Below, one piece after another: positions 51,890 to 61,524 of a DNA stretch of 64,000 nucleotides. Below the pieces are notes generated by a model, which was not told the origin of the DNA, made no database searches, and saw nothing but the letters and a program-made list of their open reading frames with translations. The translations under genes and the position numbers were made by a program. Each line of letters begins with the position of its first letter. The stretch's first letter is position 1. Origin of the DNA: an uncultured Gammaproteobacteria bacterium (GTDB taxonomy: Bacteria; Patescibacteriota; Patescibacteriia; UBA11705); contig CAYPSS010000002.1 in the NCBI GenBank assembly GCA_964413735.1, forward strand, positions 80,261-144,260. Reading direction: 5' to 3'.

Positions 51890-53071
51890 TTATTTTTGTA
51901 AAACGAAAATTCCCGGTAATTCCTTACCTTCTAAAAATTCGAGCATTGCGCCTCCGCCAGTCGATATAAAACTGATTTTTTTTGCTACACTAGCCATGTT
52001 GACACTGGCAATGGTTTCTCCACCACCCACAACAGAAACCGCTTTATTGTTTTTTGTAATCATAGATAAGGTTTTCGCCAACATGACCGATGATTTTTCA
52101 AACGGTTTTTCATCAATCAAACCAAAAGGGCCACCCCAAACTAAAGTTTTGGCTTTTTTAATTTCTTGAGCAATATTTCTAATGGTTTCCATCCCCACAT
52201 CCAAAATTTGTTCATCGGCTTCGCAAATCATTTTTCCCCACTCAAGCTTTTGATATCTTTTTTTAGTATGATCATTTTTTTTCACCACCACAAAATCTTG
52301 CGGTACAATTACCCTATTTTGTGACAACTTTTTCGCTTGATTCAAATATTGTTCATCGAAAACTGAGCTCCCAATATTATAACCTCGCGCTTTTAAAATA
52401 GTATTAGCCACACCACCGCCAACAAAAATTTTATTATATTTTTTCAAAAACTGACTAATTACTCCGAATTTTGAGTCCAATTTTACTCCACCAATAAAAG
52501 CAAAAGCCGGTTTTTTCGGATTTCGGGCTTTAGAAAGAAAATTTATTTCATTAAGTAAATTCAAGCCCGCATAACCTGGAATAAAATTAACTATTCCAGT
52601 TAAAGAAGCGCCTTGACGATGACAAACCGCAAAAGCATCATTAACATATACATCAGCCATTGAAGCTAAATATTTGGCAAATTGAAGATCGTTTTTTTCT
52701 TCTCCGGCATTAAAACGCAAATTTTCCAACACGACTACCGATGAACGACTTTTTTTCACTTGACTGATTAATTTTTCATCAAACTTTTTCGAAACAAAAG
52801 AAATTGAAACGCCCTTCATTTTCTTTTTTAATAATGCCACTACCGGTTTAAGAGTGAATTTTTCATCCCACTGTCCTTCCGGCCGACCCAAATGCGTTCC
52901 AATTATAACTTTGCACTTATTTTTCAATAAAAATTTTATCGTAGGCAATGTTCGATCAATTCGATAATCTTCGAAAATTTTATTACCTTTGATCGCCACA
53001 TTAAAGTCTGCGCGTAAAAAAACCGTTTTATTTTTTAAATTTTTTACTTGTTTGATTGATTTTATTTTCAT
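51890..53071 (-). CDS. pgk: phosphoglycerate kinase
   Basis: RADFNV, HLGRP, LENLRF, NDAF, STGGGA.LEFLEG. Confidence 0.97.
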   Translation of the reverse strand: MKIKSIKQVKNLKNKTVFLRADFNVAIKGNKIFEDYRIDRTLPTIKFLLKNKCKVIIGTHLGRPEGQWDEKFTLKPVVALLKKKMKGVSISFVSKKFDEKLISQVKKSRSSVVVLENLRFNAGEEKNDLQFAKYLASMADVYVNDAFAVCHRQGASLTGIVNFIPGYAGLNLLNEINFLSKARNPKKPAFAFIGGVKLDSKFGVISQFLKKYNKIFVGGGVANTILKARGYNIGSSVFDEQYLNQAKKLSQNRVIVPQDFVVVKKNDHTKKRYQKLEWGKMICEADEQILDVGMETIRNIAQEIKKAKTLVWGGPFGLIDEKPFEKSSVMLAKTLSMITKNNKAVSVVGGGETIASVNMASVAKKISFISTGGGAMLEFLEGKELPGIFVLQK

Positions 53072-53173
53072 ATTTCCGAGTTTAAATCATCCCAACTGGG
53101 ATTAAAACTGTTTATTAAATTAATTTTCCACCGTCTTTTCATTTTTACTTCCCACAAACTATCCAAGCACGGC

Positions 53174-53298
53174 GGGGTCTGGGGCGGAGTTCTTCGCCAC
53201 GATATATCCTTCTAACATGAACAGCACTCGCGAATAACGGAGCCCCAGGACTCCTGCCTACCGGCAGGCAGGTTTGTTACTTTTGGTCACAAAAGTAA
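53174..53298. repeat. composite palindromic REP/MITE-like element
   Basis: GTCTGGGGC...GCCCCAGGAC stem, CCTGCCTACCGGCAGGCAGG palindrome (53253-53272), TTACTTTTG-GTCA-CAAAAGTAA hairpin. Confidence 0.65.
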
Positions 53299-53410
53299 AC
53301 ATAATAAAAGAATAAATTAATTGTTTTTTCTCTAAGGCTTAACTTGGGAATCCACGAAAACAAGCACCAATCTACCTGGACTGTTGGGCTAAACCCGACA
53401 GATACAATAA

Positions 53411-53665
53411 TTATTCTCCTTCAATAGAAACTAATTTCCAATCCCCTCCAGCAACTTTTTCAATATTAATGTCCGCACCATTGATAATTGAATCCCGACT
53501 AAGCATTATTATGTTAAATTTCAAATTTTCTGCATCAATCGCCGCCCCATGTTCAATCACGGTTCCCAGTTCAATATTGATTTTGGTTACTTTTTTTAAT
53601 TTATTGTTTTCAGCTGATTCTAGAGCTAATTTATGAATCCGATCAGCCACATGTAAATCATGCAT
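53411..53665 (-). CDS. hypA: HypA-like nickel metallochaperone lacking the zinc finger
   Basis: MHD.., KVTKINIELG, A.INIE, SIEGE; no CxxC motifs. Confidence 0.8.
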   Translation of the reverse strand: MHDLHVADRIHKLALESAENNKLKKVTKINIELGTVIEHGAAIDAENLKFNIIMLSRDSIINGADINIEKVAGGDWKLVSIEGE

Positions 53666-53808
53666 ATTATTATGATTTTATGAAAATATTATAGCACAAT
53701 TTATCCAATTTTATCAAAAAAATTCAAATTTATTACCATTTGACAAAATTTAATTTATATTACAAGATAAAACCAGGTTCTTTAACAATCAAACCCTAAG
53801 GAGGGAAG

Positions 53809-55680
53809 ATGATGAAAAATGCAATATCATTACTAATTGGTTTGCTCATTGCCATTAATTGTAATGAAAGCCATCCAAACAATTATTCCACTTCGAATTA
53901 TCCAACTCAATCAAAATCAGAAATTTATACTGAAAAATTAGCGGAGATTCATAGACTACAAAAAGCATTGAAAAGGAAAAAAAATCTATCTCAGTCAAAA
54001 ATTTCACAATTTCAAGAACAAATAGCTTCGGCTCGCATAGAAATTACTCAACAAATTGATCTTAATTCTAACAATAGTTACGAAAAAGCCATTAGCAATC
54101 AAATTGTCAATAACAACTTACAAGTAATTCAACGTGCTGATGCCTATATAGAAGTTTTCGAAGAAACACTTAGAAAAATCAAAGCTTCAGAAATTGAAAT
54201 CGTTCGTATAGAGAAATTTACAACAGTGGACTTAATTGCTCTTGAAGGAATTGAGAATAACAATGAATTTGATGACTTATTGAGAAAAATTAATCGCATG
54301 ATAAATGATATTCAACCAAATGCCGAAGAACTGGTCACCCCGAAAAATATAACCCCCAAAAAATCACTAAATGAAATCTGGAATAAATATTTCCATCATA
54401 CAACTCAATCAAAAACCTCGACAAAATACTCAAAAGTTCAACCTCCCGAACCAAAGATTGATTTAATCAAACAAAGACAAGTCTTATCAAATACCGATAT
54501 TTCTTCTCAATCGATTTACCCTAGTTATATCATATCGACAGGAATAATTAATTCCCCAAAGCAACTTAAATGGAATAAAAATAGTACTCATATTGCAGCG
54601 CTTTATGAAGATGGCATTTTAGTTTGGGCACCATTTAAAGAAAAAAATATCTTTATTCCGGCCGAAATGAAAACATTTGAAACTGGTAAAAATCAAAAAA
54701 TAAAGTTTTCAAAATTCAGATTAATTAATTGGAGTACGACAAACAATGATAATTTAATTGTTTTCAATAATCATGATGTGAATTTTAATATTTGGGATAT
54801 TTATTCTGGGAACAAATCAAACTCAATTCCAATAGAAGACTGCCGAATACCTGCAATAAAATTTTGGGATCAAAAATGGATTATACTACAATGCCAAGGC
54901 AATGCTAACAAAGGACTAATCTTAAAAGCTGATTCATTTCAAAAAGTTTTTAACATAAAAGGTGAAAAAGATTGGGAAAAGGCTACTTTTTTTTATGATG
55001 AGTCAAACAGACTGTTATTTAGTTATTATCACCAAAATACTATAGCAACAATAAACCCATGGATAAAAAGTGATGCCAACAATACAATCCGACTTTGTCG
55101 CAAACAAAATGAACCATTTTCAAATTCAACTGAATGGAAAAAGGACCAAGAAACAATTCAACCTTGTCCTGAACAACCCCATTTTGAATTTTCTATCACT
55201 AAAATCGATTGGATGGAATCAGGGAATTATTTGATTGCAAAAACAAATTTTGGAAAAATTTTAGTTTGGGACAATATACGAAATAGAATAATTGCTACTT
55301 ACACTGACTTTCTGAATAATTCACCACCAATCAAGTGGTCATCTATTAATAAATTGATAGCCATAATAGACTATTCCACTGTCAGATTCTTATCTTTGGA
55401 ATCAGGAAAAATAGATATTAAAATTAAAGAACCTGGAATCGTTAATTTTATTTGGCATCCGACAAAAGAGTTCTGGTATTTTGTTCAAACATGTAATGAT
55501 AATAAATGCCAATTAAAAGCAAAAAATTTGGTTCAAAACAAAGAAATAGTATTTTTGACTAACTCAAAGTCATCCACACAACAAGTTAGTACAATCACTA
55601 TTAGTAATAATCAACAACACTTAGTCGGGACATCTAATACAGGAGATATATTCGTATGGGATATTTCTATTTTACAATAA
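53809..55680 (+). CDS. putative lipoprotein: coiled coil plus WD40-like beta-propeller
   Basis: Signal ending IAINC; repeated W..../VWD motifs; AAGGAGG SD. Confidence 0.75.
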   Translation: MMKNAISLLIGLLIAINCNESHPNNYSTSNYPTQSKSEIYTEKLAEIHRLQKALKRKKNLSQSKISQFQEQIASARIEITQQIDLNSNNSYEKAISNQIVNNNLQVIQRADAYIEVFEETLRKIKASEIEIVRIEKFTTVDLIALEGIENNNEFDDLLRKINRMINDIQPNAEELVTPKNITPKKSLNEIWNKYFHHTTQSKTSTKYSKVQPPEPKIDLIKQRQVLSNTDISSQSIYPSYIISTGIINSPKQLKWNKNSTHIAALYEDGILVWAPFKEKNIFIPAEMKTFETGKNQKIKFSKFRLINWSTTNNDNLIVFNNHDVNFNIWDIYSGNKSNSIPIEDCRIPAIKFWDQKWIILQCQGNANKGLILKADSFQKVFNIKGEKDWEKATFFYDESNRLLFSYYHQNTIATINPWIKSDANNTIRLCRKQNEPFSNSTEWKKDQETIQPCPEQPHFEFSITKIDWMESGNYLIAKTNFGKILVWDNIRNRIIATYTDFLNNSPPIKWSSINKLIAIIDYSTVRFLSLESGKIDIKIKEPGIVNFIWHPTKEFWYFVQTCNDNKCQLKAKNLVQNKEIVFLTNSKSSTQQVSTITISNNQQHLVGTSNTGDIFVWDISILQ

Positions 55681-55809
55681 ATTCAACCGACAAAATTTGT
55701 CGGTTTTTTTATTGACATTACCAACAATTTATGCAAAAGTTATAGTGATCTTGACTGGTAAAAGGTTGACTGGGTAGCACTTTAACAATCAAACCCAAAG
55801 GAGGAAACA

Positions 55810-56631
55810 ATGAATAGAAACAAACAAATTTTTTGGGGAGTGTTTTTTGCTGGTTTGGCAGTAATTCTATTGATTGGTTTAATGAAATTCAGTAATATCC
55901 TCGCCTTCCTGATGATCCTGCCGTGGCTAGCCAACCAATTGGTAGAAAAAACCGGAATGAATATTTGGCTCGCCCGAGCCATTGCCACTATCCCCACAAT
56001 TTTGCTTCTTGTTGGTTTAAGCATGTCAATGTCATATTTCCCTGCTTTCCAGAAGGAATTCCCCTTCTTACGCTTTCAGAAAATCAAACGAATTTGGGGC
56101 TATGCTCTTTTAACCACTCTATTCATCGGTTATTCAATCACCATGTTTGCGATGGATGATGCCCAACTCTTTGATCCAAAAACCGGCCATGCTAAGAAAT
56201 GCCTTGCCTTAGGAACCACTGACTACGAAGAAATTAATTGCGATTGGGATTTTCATCCGGTAACTGGAAACCCAGTCATCAAAGATCGAGCCCAAGTTAA
56301 AGCGATTTTCACGGCCAAACAAACCTCTCCTCATGATCCCGGTCCCAGCAAAAAAATCATCAATAATGGCCAATTGCGTTTCTTTGACAGTGCCGGTAAC
56401 CCTCTAGTCTGGTACTATGAATATGAAGATGGCCGGATTGAACTTTTTGATCAACCGGGAAAACATCCTCAATGGAATACAGATTTAATCGCCATTAATC
56501 CCGCCATCGTAAAAAAGTTACTGAATTATCGTGATTCACCACAACCGGGAAATAAAATTATTTTCAACCAAACCAACAATGCCAATCCATTAATCGAATT
56601 ACGTGATTACTTACTCAAATTACATCAGTAA
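55810..56631 (+). CDS. hypothetical membrane protein (4 TM plus soluble C-terminal domain)
   Basis: AAGGAGG SD; G.P.VWY....GRIELFD.PG.HP motif. Confidence 0.75.
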   Translation: MNRNKQIFWGVFFAGLAVILLIGLMKFSNILAFLMILPWLANQLVEKTGMNIWLARAIATIPTILLLVGLSMSMSYFPAFQKEFPFLRFQKIKRIWGYALLTTLFIGYSITMFAMDDAQLFDPKTGHAKKCLALGTTDYEEINCDWDFHPVTGNPVIKDRAQVKAIFTAKQTSPHDPGPSKKIINNGQLRFFDSAGNPLVWYYEYEDGRIELFDQPGKHPQWNTDLIAINPAIVKKLLNYRDSPQPGNKIIFNQTNNANPLIELRDYLLKLHQ

Positions 56632-56677
56632 AACAAAACAGCACCAAGTGCTGTTTTTTCAATATATTTTTTATAAA

Positions 56678-57943
56678 TTAATGCGTAGCACAACTGATAC
56701 ACGGATCATACGCCCGAATCAAAGTTTTAATCATTAATTTTTGTTTTTCATCTGACAAATTTTTTATTTGGGGTAATAATTTAACCAAATCAAACTCAAT
56801 ATTTGCCAAAAACATGGCTGTCGGCGTAATAATATTCGCATTAACCACTACTCCGTCACGATTTAATTCATAATAATGATACAAAGTTCCTCGTGGCGCT
56901 TCTATCGCCCCCACTCCTTTTCCAGGATTAGGCTTGAACTTAGTAAATAATTTCGGTTGCTTAATTTTCAAATATTTCGCCATTAGCTTTTGCGCTTCTT
57001 CAAAAGAATGAACCAATTCAACCACTTGTGCCAAGTTATTATAAAAAGAATTATAACATGGTAATTTTACCTTCAAACTATCCCAAATACCTTTTGCAAC
57101 CGGATTAAGCTGAAGATAACTATTGTTAATTCGTGCCAAAGCGCCGACCATATAAGTTCGCCCACGATGTTTCACTCGTTTAACCGCTTCACCAACCTCA
57201 TATTGTTCTTCAAAATCATAAAAATAATTATGAATCGGAATACGTTCCTTCAAATCACTGGAATACAAATTTCCGGAATAAAAAGCATATTCTCTTTTAT
57301 TTACCAAGGAAATATAATCCGTAGGATTCTCAAAGTCCGGCATGGTTGAATGTTTTTTAACGAAAGCCACTAAACGCAAAGCTTTGGGAATAATCTGTTC
57401 CAATTCATCGTACATTTTTTGTAATTCTTTTTTATCTGGTTCTACTTTGAATCCACCGACCACACTATTAATCGGATGCGTGGTCCGACCACCCACCAAA
57501 TCACCCAATCTGATTGACCAATCATGAACTTCTAGAGCTAAAGCCACTTCTTTGGGATATTTTTTTACTAAATCAAAATTATTGCTCACTCCGATAAAAT
57601 CAGGAAATGACAAAAATACCACATGCAACGCGTGACTATGAATAATTTGCGCTAAATTCAAAATTTTTCGGAGAATAATCGCGTCATCGGTTGGTACCAC
57701 ATTAAGCGCGTGTTCCAAAGCCTTGATTGCGCCTAAATTATGAACAATCGGACACACCCCACAAATTCGTGACGTGATAATTGGCACGTCATAATAACTG
57801 CGATTCAAAACAATCCCCTCCATTAATCGTGCCCCTTCCAAAGTCATCACTCGCGCACTGGCAATATCACCATTTTGCAAAGTACCTTCAAAACCCAAAT
57901 GGCCTTCAGTTTTCCCAATATGATCAATTTTAATGGTTTTCAT
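56678..57943 (-). CDS. NiFe hydrogenase large (alpha) subunit, group 3b-like
   Basis: EGH, L1 RICGVC, EAPRG, L2 DPCISCATH at the extreme C-terminus. Confidence 0.95.
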   Translation of the reverse strand: MKTIKIDHIGKTEGHLGFEGTLQNGDIASARVMTLEGARLMEGIVLNRSYYDVPIITSRICGVCPIVHNLGAIKALEHALNVVPTDDAIILRKILNLAQIIHSHALHVVFLSFPDFIGVSNNFDLVKKYPKEVALALEVHDWSIRLGDLVGGRTTHPINSVVGGFKVEPDKKELQKMYDELEQIIPKALRLVAFVKKHSTMPDFENPTDYISLVNKREYAFYSGNLYSSDLKERIPIHNYFYDFEEQYEVGEAVKRVKHRGRTYMVGALARINNSYLQLNPVAKGIWDSLKVKLPCYNSFYNNLAQVVELVHSFEEAQKLMAKYLKIKQPKLFTKFKPNPGKGVGAIEAPRGTLYHYYELNRDGVVVNANIITPTAMFLANIEFDLVKLLPQIKNLSDEKQKLMIKTLIRAYDPCISCATH

Positions 57944-57950
57944 AAGTAAA

Positions 57951-59078
57951 TTATGGCAAATAAATAAATCCAAGATCTAAATTTAATTGCTCAATTTTTT
58001 CACTAACTAATTTTTTTAATTCAGATTCCCGACACGGATAATTGGAAACTACTGTTTGCGATTGAACATCAACCGTCAATCTATCATTTACACAAGCCAG
58101 CGAATTACCAAATGAATTAATTTTATAAATTGCTTCCGCTGGCAAAGTCGAAACAATTATTTGATTCAAAATATTATTCGATAAATCATACACATATAAT
58201 GGACTGGGTCCCAATAACAAATTACCATTGTCATAAAAAATACTCTTGATATTTTTCGGCATTAAATTTCTAGGAATAATGACTTGAGTGGCTCCGGTCT
58301 CGTAATTAACAGCATAAATTTCTTCATACACATTATATTGATAATCAGGCGTTGGTTTGTGAACCCCAATGTAAACTTCTGTTGTTCCCAAAGCAATAAC
58401 CGATTCTCCATCACCCATCAACGACTCAACTTGAATAATTCTATTCACTTCATTTTCATTATTCATCCAATGCAAAATTTCTGATGCATATCCGGCATCT
58501 CCCATATAATTATGCAATACATAGCCATTATCAACCTTAGTGATATTACCGGCCGCTTGATCAGTAAGAAAAATCGGTTTTTTATTATCAACCTTCAAAT
58601 CAATATAATACATTAAATTAGGATTCATATATTCCGCCACACCGAAAAATAATTTATCACCAATAACCTTCATAAATGAAATCCCCAAATTTGCCGTCGA
58701 GTTCTTAGTGTATTTACTATCAATATCAGCTAAACTGAAAATGGTTTGTTTTTGCTTACTTTCAATATCATACGAATAAATTTCCGCATTATTACCATAA
58801 GCATCTGCCAAATATAAATTGTTTTCATGTTTAATAATATGTCCGTAATCATTATTAAAAGTATGCACGATGACTAATTCACCATGTCGGTTGTCATATA
58901 ATGTTTTGTGTTGCAAAGTAAAACTATTAAGAGTCGCTTCCTGATAAATTTGACTGTTTTTCTCTTGACCATTCAGTAACCAGGCGGAAAATAAACCAAC
59001 AAACAGTGAACAAAAAATCGCGCAAACCACCACTATAATGAAATACCGACTTTGTAAAAAAATGGAAATTTTTTTCAT
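57951..59078 (-). CDS. membrane-anchored extracellular protein, possible beta-propeller
   Basis: N-terminal TM, beta-rich repeats. Confidence 0.7.
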   Translation of the reverse strand: MKKISIFLQSRYFIIVVVCAIFCSLFVGLFSAWLLNGQEKNSQIYQEATLNSFTLQHKTLYDNRHGELVIVHTFNNDYGHIIKHENNLYLADAYGNNAEIYSYDIESKQKQTIFSLADIDSKYTKNSTANLGISFMKVIGDKLFFGVAEYMNPNLMYYIDLKVDNKKPIFLTDQAAGNITKVDNGYVLHNYMGDAGYASEILHWMNNENEVNRIIQVESLMGDGESVIALGTTEVYIGVHKPTPDYQYNVYEEIYAVNYETGATQVIIPRNLMPKNIKSIFYDNGNLLLGPSPLYVYDLSNNILNQIIVSTLPAEAIYKINSFGNSLACVNDRLTVDVQSQTVVSNYPCRESELKKLVSEKIEQLNLDLGFIYLP

Positions 59079-59083
59079 ATTAT

Positions 59084-59836
59084 TTATTTATTGATAAATT
59101 CTTTAATGGCAAACATCTCCAACACCTTATTAATTTGTTTTTCATTCCAACCATTATTATTAACCGCATTTTTCCAATTAACAATTGCCGGTTTTTTTAA
59201 TAATCCACGACAACCCCAACAAGCTTGTTTACTCTTGAGACAAATTGCATTGCATCCACCTTGAATAATCGGTCCCAAACAAATTTCACCTTTTTGCAAC
59301 AAACACTCATAACCATTAGTCATACATTCAAAACAAACCGGATTTTGTTTTATTTTCGGGACTTTCCCTACCACCAAGGAATAAATAAAACGGAGAATTT
59401 CCTCCTTAATAATCGGACAGGTCGGTAAATTAAGATCAACTTTCACATATTCCGTCAAAGGTTTAATTGGCGGATTATCAAGCTTTTTATCACCGGAATA
59501 AATATGCTCCATGATTTTTTGTGAATCTTGATAATTTTTCAAATGATAAATACCGCCCAAATGAGCACAAGAGCCACAAGCCACCAAATATTTGGTATTA
59601 CTCCTGATTTTTTTTAGATTAATAATATTTTCTTTTGTTACCGGACTACCCTCCACAAAAACCACATCTAATTTTTGCTCACTAAAAAAATAATCATCTT
59701 CAAAAAGACGAAATTCCACAATATCGATTTTATCTTTTAATTCAACAAATCTTTCTCGCAAACCTAAAAGCTCCACATAGCAACCCTCACAACTGGTCAA
59801 TGAGACAAAGGCGAATTTAAGCTTTTTTTGCACCAT
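59084..59836 (-). CDS. NiFe hydrogenase small (delta) subunit
   Basis: SCEGC, GSCA, TCP, distal CxxC..C..CLG..C..C..CxGC Fe-S motifs. Confidence 0.92.
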   Translation of the reverse strand: MVQKKLKFAFVSLTSCEGCYVELLGLRERFVELKDKIDIVEFRLFEDDYFFSEQKLDVVFVEGSPVTKENIINLKKIRSNTKYLVACGSCAHLGGIYHLKNYQDSQKIMEHIYSGDKKLDNPPIKPLTEYVKVDLNLPTCPIIKEEILRFIYSLVVGKVPKIKQNPVCFECMTNGYECLLQKGEICLGPIIQGGCNAICLKSKQACWGCRGLLKKPAIVNWKNAVNNNGWNEKQINKVLEMFAIKEFINK

Positions 59837-60290
59837 AATTTATTAAGATATCAATTAATTGCTCCGCTTTTTGAGTGGAAATAAAATATTTTTTTTGATC
59901 ATTTTTATCAATAAACTGAATTCCTACGCCTCCCTGAGCCACAAAACCCATAACTTTATCACGACTAAACCGTAAACCATAACCGCCAAACTTCAAAAAA
60001 GAAACCTTCTGAAATTCCAACTTCTCAATATTCTTAATCCAAATTCTTTTTTTGAATAAACCGAAATTTACCAATATCTTTTGTTCATCAACTACAATCT
60101 TCAGATAGCTAAAATTAACAATCGTAAAAATTAAAATCAAACAAATTAATCCCAGCAACCAAAATGGCGGATTTTCTTCGGGTATTGACGACGGAAAAAT
60201 TAAAAGATAAATCATAAAAACCAATACAACCAGACTGATCAAAACAAAAATAAACGGGATATAAACTTTTTCTTCAAAAATATAATTCAT
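59817..60290 (-). CDS. 2-TM membrane protein with a bPH-like domain
   Basis: Two TMs, FGGYGLR motif, YFIST. Confidence 0.7.
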   Translation of the reverse strand: MNYIFEEKVYIPFIFVLISLVVLVFMIYLLIFPSSIPEENPPFWLLGLICLILIFTIVNFSYLKIVVDEQKILVNFGLFKKRIWIKNIEKLEFQKVSFLKFGGYGLRFSRDKVMGFVAQGGVGIQFIDKNDQKKYFISTQKAEQLIDILINYGAKKA

Positions 60291-61102
60291 ATATCAATAT
60301 GTTCTTTACCAAATTTCTTTAATTGTTCATGTGTGAAAACCGGGCCATCCGTGCAAGTATAAACCGGACCGCAAACACAATGCTGACACTGACCGGTACC
60401 GCAATACATTCGTCGTTCCAAAGAAAAATATATTTTATCTGACGAAATGCCACGTTCATTCAAAACCTTGGCCACAAATTTATACATTGGTTCAGGTCCG
60501 CAACAAAACACCATCGCATTAGGCAATAATTTCACCTTAACCAATAAATCGGTTATATATCCCTGAGAGTTTGCTAATACCTGATGGTTACCTTGTTCTA
60601 ATACCAAATATGTTTCACTTTTTTTCTGCCACTTAGGCCAATTGTTTCCAAAAACCATAGTTTCTTGGCTTTTACAACCCATGAATATTTGCATTTTAAC
60701 ATCTGCTCGATCAATATTTTGCTCAATTACTGATTTCAATGGAATAAAGCCACACCCTCCACCAACAATAATCACATTACCATTTACTTCCGGAAAACCA
60801 TTACCAAAAGGACCTCTAATATAAAGGCTATCACCTTTTTTCAAAGAATTAATTTTTTCTGACAATTCTCCGGCCGTTCGCACACAAATTTCAAAGTAAT
60901 CTTGACTTTTCCCGGCGGCTGAAGACAAAGTAAAGGGAGCATCACCATAACCCGGCAAACCAACCATCAAAAACTGACCGGCAATAAAATGAAAATCTTT
61001 TTGAATTTTAGTATCAAATTTCAAACGAAAACAATTTATCAAATCATTTTCTTTTTTCACGCTTATGATTATCGCCTTTTGAGGCAAAAAACTGTTTTTC
61101 AT
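60287..61102 (-). CDS. sulfhydrogenase gamma subunit (FAD/NAD-binding, 2Fe-2S)
   Basis: GQF, RGPFGNGF, GGGCG..P, CGP..M, SLERRMYCGTGQCQHC..C.DGP. Confidence 0.92.
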   Translation of the reverse strand: MKNSFLPQKAIIISVKKENDLINCFRLKFDTKIQKDFHFIAGQFLMVGLPGYGDAPFTLSSAAGKSQDYFEICVRTAGELSEKINSLKKGDSLYIRGPFGNGFPEVNGNVIIVGGGCGFIPLKSVIEQNIDRADVKMQIFMGCKSQETMVFGNNWPKWQKKSETYLVLEQGNHQVLANSQGYITDLLVKVKLLPNAMVFCCGPEPMYKFVAKVLNERGISSDKIYFSLERRMYCGTGQCQHCVCGPVYTCTDGPVFTHEQLKKFGKEHIDI

Positions 61103-61167
61103 AACGGATCATGTGTCATATTACATTTAACATGTTTCATATTCGGTCAAGCATCGTTAAACTATAT

Positions 61168-61524
61168 TTAATAAATACCATAAGACAATTCTTTGATGCA
61201 GGATTTAGTTGAATAATGGATATATTCTTTTGTAGAATATTTTCCTCCTCGCAAAAAACAAACAAATCTATTTGTAATTTTACAAAAAGATGCCTCAACT
61301 CCAATCCCCACTAACTTATTTTCAATTTCTCCTCCGACCAGAAAACAAGCCGGTTGGAAATTAAACCTATTATTATATAAAATTTTTGGATCAGGCGTTG
61401 GGTCAATCGAAATAAAATCACCCGTTTGTAAATCAATAAAACATGGAGAAAGTATTACTAAGGATAAATAAGATATAAACAACACAAAAAGAGCAATTAT
61501 TACGATCTTCTTATTTCTTTTCAT
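61168..61524 (-). CDS. small membrane-anchored Cys-containing protein
   Basis: N-terminal TM; CFLVGG and CFLRGG internal repeat. Confidence 0.65.
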   Translation of the reverse strand: MKRNKKIVIIALFVLFISYLSLVILSPCFIDLQTGDFISIDPTPDPKILYNNRFNFQPACFLVGGEIENKLVGIGVEASFCKITNRFVCFLRGGKYSTKEYIHYSTKSCIKELSYGIY

